63,940 bases of DNA, taken from the NCBI GenBank assembly GCA_003427395.1, contig BFEA01000042.1, positions 1,988,048 through 2,051,987 on the forward strand, written 5' to 3'. Both the position numbers and the translations under genes were made by a program. Each line of letters starts with the position of its first letter. Positions within the stretch are counted from its first letter, which is position 1. This document shows, piece by piece, positions 60,666-63,940 of this stretch. The notes under the pieces were generated by a model that saw nothing but the letters and a program-made list of their open reading frames with translations, was not told the origin of the DNA and ran no database searches. Source of the DNA: Chara braunii. Lineage: Eukaryota; Plantae; Charophyceae.

Positions 60666-61368
60666 TATATCGTCACAAATAGAACTGTCTGGTAAACCGT
60701 AGGCAGAGAGAGAGAAGAGGACAACAAACGAGGGGCTGTGACAAACTGTTTCGTCGGAGTTTCACCGACTCATCAGGAGGCTGAACCCTCAACAGTCTAC
60801 AGAATCCCCTCACTGATTATACTGTAAATGATAATTTACCTTAACCAAAATCAAAGTAGACTATCACTCACCCACACCTTATGGAAAACTCTACAGACTG
60901 GCGGTTCATACCCCATCACAAGCCACCAAAACATCCACGAAACAGAGAAAGGTCTGTCACAGCCAAAAAATACACTGCAGACATGCCGCTGGCACTAGAG
61001 GCACAACATGGCCGCCTAGTAACGGTCCCGACCACTGCCGCTCGACATGAACGGAAAAAACCGTAGCAGGAAGCTAGCGAAGTCGTAGCATATATCGTCA
61101 CAAATAGAACTGCCCGGTAAACCGTAGGCAGAGAGAGAAGAGGACAACAAACGAGGGGTTGTGGCAAACTGTTTCGTCGGAGTTTCACCAACTCAACAGG
61201 AGGCTGAACCCTCAAGTGTCTGCAGAATCCCCTCATTGATTACACTGTAAATGATAATCTACCTTAACCAAAATCAACGTAGACTATCACTCACCCATAC
61301 CAGATGGAAAACTTTATAGACTGTCGGTTCACACCCCATCACAAGCCAGCAAAACATCTACGAAACAA

Positions 61369-61376
<8 letters not shown>
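60666..61376 (-). mobile_element. Retrozyme-like element: ~287-bp direct repeats (60666-60953; 61091-61376) around a 137-bp spacer
   Basis: Direct repeats, each carrying a hammerhead motif, flanked by (TA)n. Confidence 0.75.
60744..60797 (-). ncRNA. Type III hammerhead ribozyme (degenerate copy at 61167-61220)
   Basis: GACUG-UU-GAGG-guucag-CCUC-CUGAUGA-GUCGG-ugaaacu-CCGAC-GAA-ACAGUU. All three helices pair. Confidence 0.88.
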
Positions 61377-61410
<34 letters not shown>

Positions 61411-63665
61411 TTTTCGAGTGTTCGCGCGGTTTATTGCGACCGTGGGTAAGGATCGAGCGCATTTGCATTAAGAGAAAACGAAGATCCTCTTTTGTCTTTT
61501 ACTCTTTAAAGAATTATTATGTTTGGACGTTGTAGTCCGTGGCAGCCGTCAAAGTCAAACCCCTTGATTTATCTTCAAGCCCTAGACGATGGAGCTTGTC
61601 TCTAAGGCCATCGGAGTTGACTGTCACCACTGGCTGAAACCTGTGTACCACCCACTCTCCGCAGGGTGCAGAAGAGGGTGTGGTGATCAACCACCCTGAC
61701 AATTGTCTAGCGTCGAGAGATTAACCCCTCAAGGCGCGTGCCAGCCGACACTTGAGTGTCGAAAGTGACCCTCGAGGTTATCGAGATTCGCGTGATTACT
61801 GGTACTACGTCGTTGCGACTGTGTGCGTATGCTTGCATGGCTAGTCGATATGAGAAAGGTCTAGCGTCTGTGTGATTTTATCTTAAGTCTCACGTGCGAC
61901 GTCTAGCCGATTTTCATGTTATAAGGTTATACGTTGAATACTGAAGAGACTAGGAGAGTTTTTGTATGTGTGTATTTTAATTCTTAGCGTGGTGTAACGC
62001 GTGGTAAGTGGAATGTGTCCTAGTGGACCGACGGCGAGTCGTGCTTGAGACCTCAACCCCCCAATGCGTCGATTTGCATGCGGGTTCGATTTTGGGGCAT
62101 TAACCGCACATACCCCCTATGCTACAGCGAACAAGAAATGCCATCGGTCGGGCCACCTTAATAACTGCATACGAAAAACCTTTGCATGTTGTTCGGTAGC
62201 TCAGCAGAGATACGCCCACCCAAAGGATGGTGACAGCTCCCGCGGGTGGACCTAAGTTGTACCTCGCGTAACCCTATCCTATCGTAGGGGTTCGCGAGAG
62301 GTATGATTGGCGCACTCGGCCAGAGCGGCAAAACACTCTACGACGAAGTCCTGCAAAATCCAGCGTGACACGTCCGGGAGGGTCCCCCTACGGGACCGAT
62401 GCGCTCGGCATCGGGCTGGCTAGCAAGCGTGATGCGTGCGATGGTTTGTGTTGGTTTGCGGTCACATGATTAGGAATAACTTGAAGGTGGGATGTTTTCT
62501 TTATTATTCGAACAATGTTGATGGGGTGACTAGACGGCGAGAAAACCGATATGTAAGTGTTACTTGGTGTTCCCCTGTCTTTTGAAAGCACATTGTTGTC
62601 ATCTTCTTGCTTCGCGCTTCATCGAGTTATGCTGCAGGCTAGCATGCCCTATGGAGGGGAACCTATTTTCGATTGAAAGTAAGGCTTCATGACCAGTCAC
62701 TCATGCTCTTTAGCTCGCATTTTTTTCAAGTGGAGGTAGGTCGGCTAAGGCAAGTAAAGAAGAGGAGCGTATCATCACGAGGAGTGGGAGGAGGATTGGC
62801 AGGAGACTATCACTGCGGTTTTTTAAGAAAGGTCTTACGCCATCTTCATCATCAGCAGCAACATCATCTGTAAGGATTATTATAGGTTCATTATGTTTAT
62901 CATCAGCAACACAAATAATATCGTCATCATCAACAACATTGTGCGATAAATACTTACCAAGGTCATTATCTTCATCATCATAGTGCGGGAACATGGATTA
63001 TTATCATTGTTATCGTCATCATATCATCATCATCATCATATCATCATCATCATCACCATCGTCATCATCATCATTATTCAGGTGCATGGGCATAGGAGGA
63101 GGCCTCTTCATCACGTCTTCCCACTTCATTTCCCCCTTCACATTTCTCTATCAATTCTCTTTTTGTCCTCATGCCTCTCTCTCCTCCTTAAATTTACACC
63201 TTTTTTTTTTCCCCCCTTTCTCGCTTCCTTACTTCGACATGGACACTTTCCCTTGCTCTACTCTAGCCTGGTAGCTACTTCGTTTGTTGGAGTCTCTCAC
63301 TCTAATTCCGAAAGGAAGTTGGGTGAGGGTGATTACAATGGATGGGGTGGTTGGGGTAATGGCGGGAGAAGGGGTAAAACATCACGAGGGAAATGGGGGA
63401 GGGGAGAGGAAGGGGAGGAGCTATGAATTCCCCACGGCCCGCGGTCGCCTCGGGTACGACCGCGGGCCGCGGTCATGACCGTGGCGACCGCGGGCAAAAA
63501 CGGGCCACCACGGCCGCAGGGGGAGGGGTGTGGGGAAGAGGGATGCGGATTGAGGTTCCAGAACCCCGCCCGCACCCCCTTGAACAGAAAAAAAGTCAAA
63601 TTTTTTTTTTTCGGGGGGGTGATTTTTGGTGTGTGAAAGAAAAAATAGAAAAAAATAGAAAAAAA

Positions 63666-63667
<2 letters not shown>

Positions 63668-63732
<65 letters not shown>
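63668..63732. repeat. (GATT)n microsatellite between CCGCGG-rich blocks
   Basis: Direct reading. A (CAT)n-rich tract also occurs at 62840-63080. Confidence 0.95.
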
Positions 63733-63735
<3 letters not shown>

Positions 63736-63940
63736 GGGGGAGGGGTCCTCCCTCCCCTCCCCCCGCACTACGCGCACAGTGCCGCACAAACACACACACT
63801 ATGAAACACCCGCGGATGCGTCCGCGGGGCCGAGCTCGGAGGGGAAACGTATTCACGGCCGCCTCCGCGGCCTACCGGGTCCGCGCCGCGGACCCTATTT
63901 TCCCAGATTTTTCCTGAATTAAATAATAGGCCAAAAAAAA

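Larger units (their letters stand above)
43312..62445 (+). mobile_element. Long ORF-less LTR-like element, copy B, heavily nested
   Basis: It has the same block order as copy A and is interrupted by a MITE plus PLE2, poly(A) retroposons, hAT-like MITEs and a ribozyme repeat. Confidence 0.55.

Noticed and set aside
62710-63426. His/Asp/Ser-rich ORFs
   Set aside because: They are translations of (CAT)n microsatellite-like sequence.

Overview
This is eukaryotic, repeat-saturated sequence with no intact host gene. The element mix suggests a streptophyte alga such as Chara, but that is an inference I cannot verify. Layout from left to right: (1) 1-16 kb is a decayed giant transposon-like unit. 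It carries two paralogous unknown genes, a ~2000-codon pseudo-ORF with a ParB/Srx-like domain and a degenerate beta-class N4C/N6A methyltransferase fold, a Ulp1/C48 SUMO protease, and many copies of a 16-22 bp palindrome. (2) A Nextera mate-pair adapter at 16205-16242 marks an assembly artefact. (3) Two diverged, collinear, ORF-less, LTR-like elements (A ~16.2-25 kb; B ~43.3-62.4 kb) each hold captured 25S rRNA fragments and arrays of 11 to ~14 covarying hairpins with a near-invariant UAAGUU loop, plus a second hairpin array. (4) There are L1-type LINE remnants. (5) Two two-ORF Penelope-like elements (zinc knuckle ORF1; GIY-YIG-first RT ORF2) have hammerhead ribozymes in their ~600 bp direct repeats. 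(6) A retrozyme-like repeat contains a type III hammerhead. (7) There are several MITEs. The strongest novelty candidates are the covarying RNA-hairpin arrays and the ParB-MTase-fold-Ulp1 element. All alignments and folds were done by eye, so coordinates of decayed elements are approximate.
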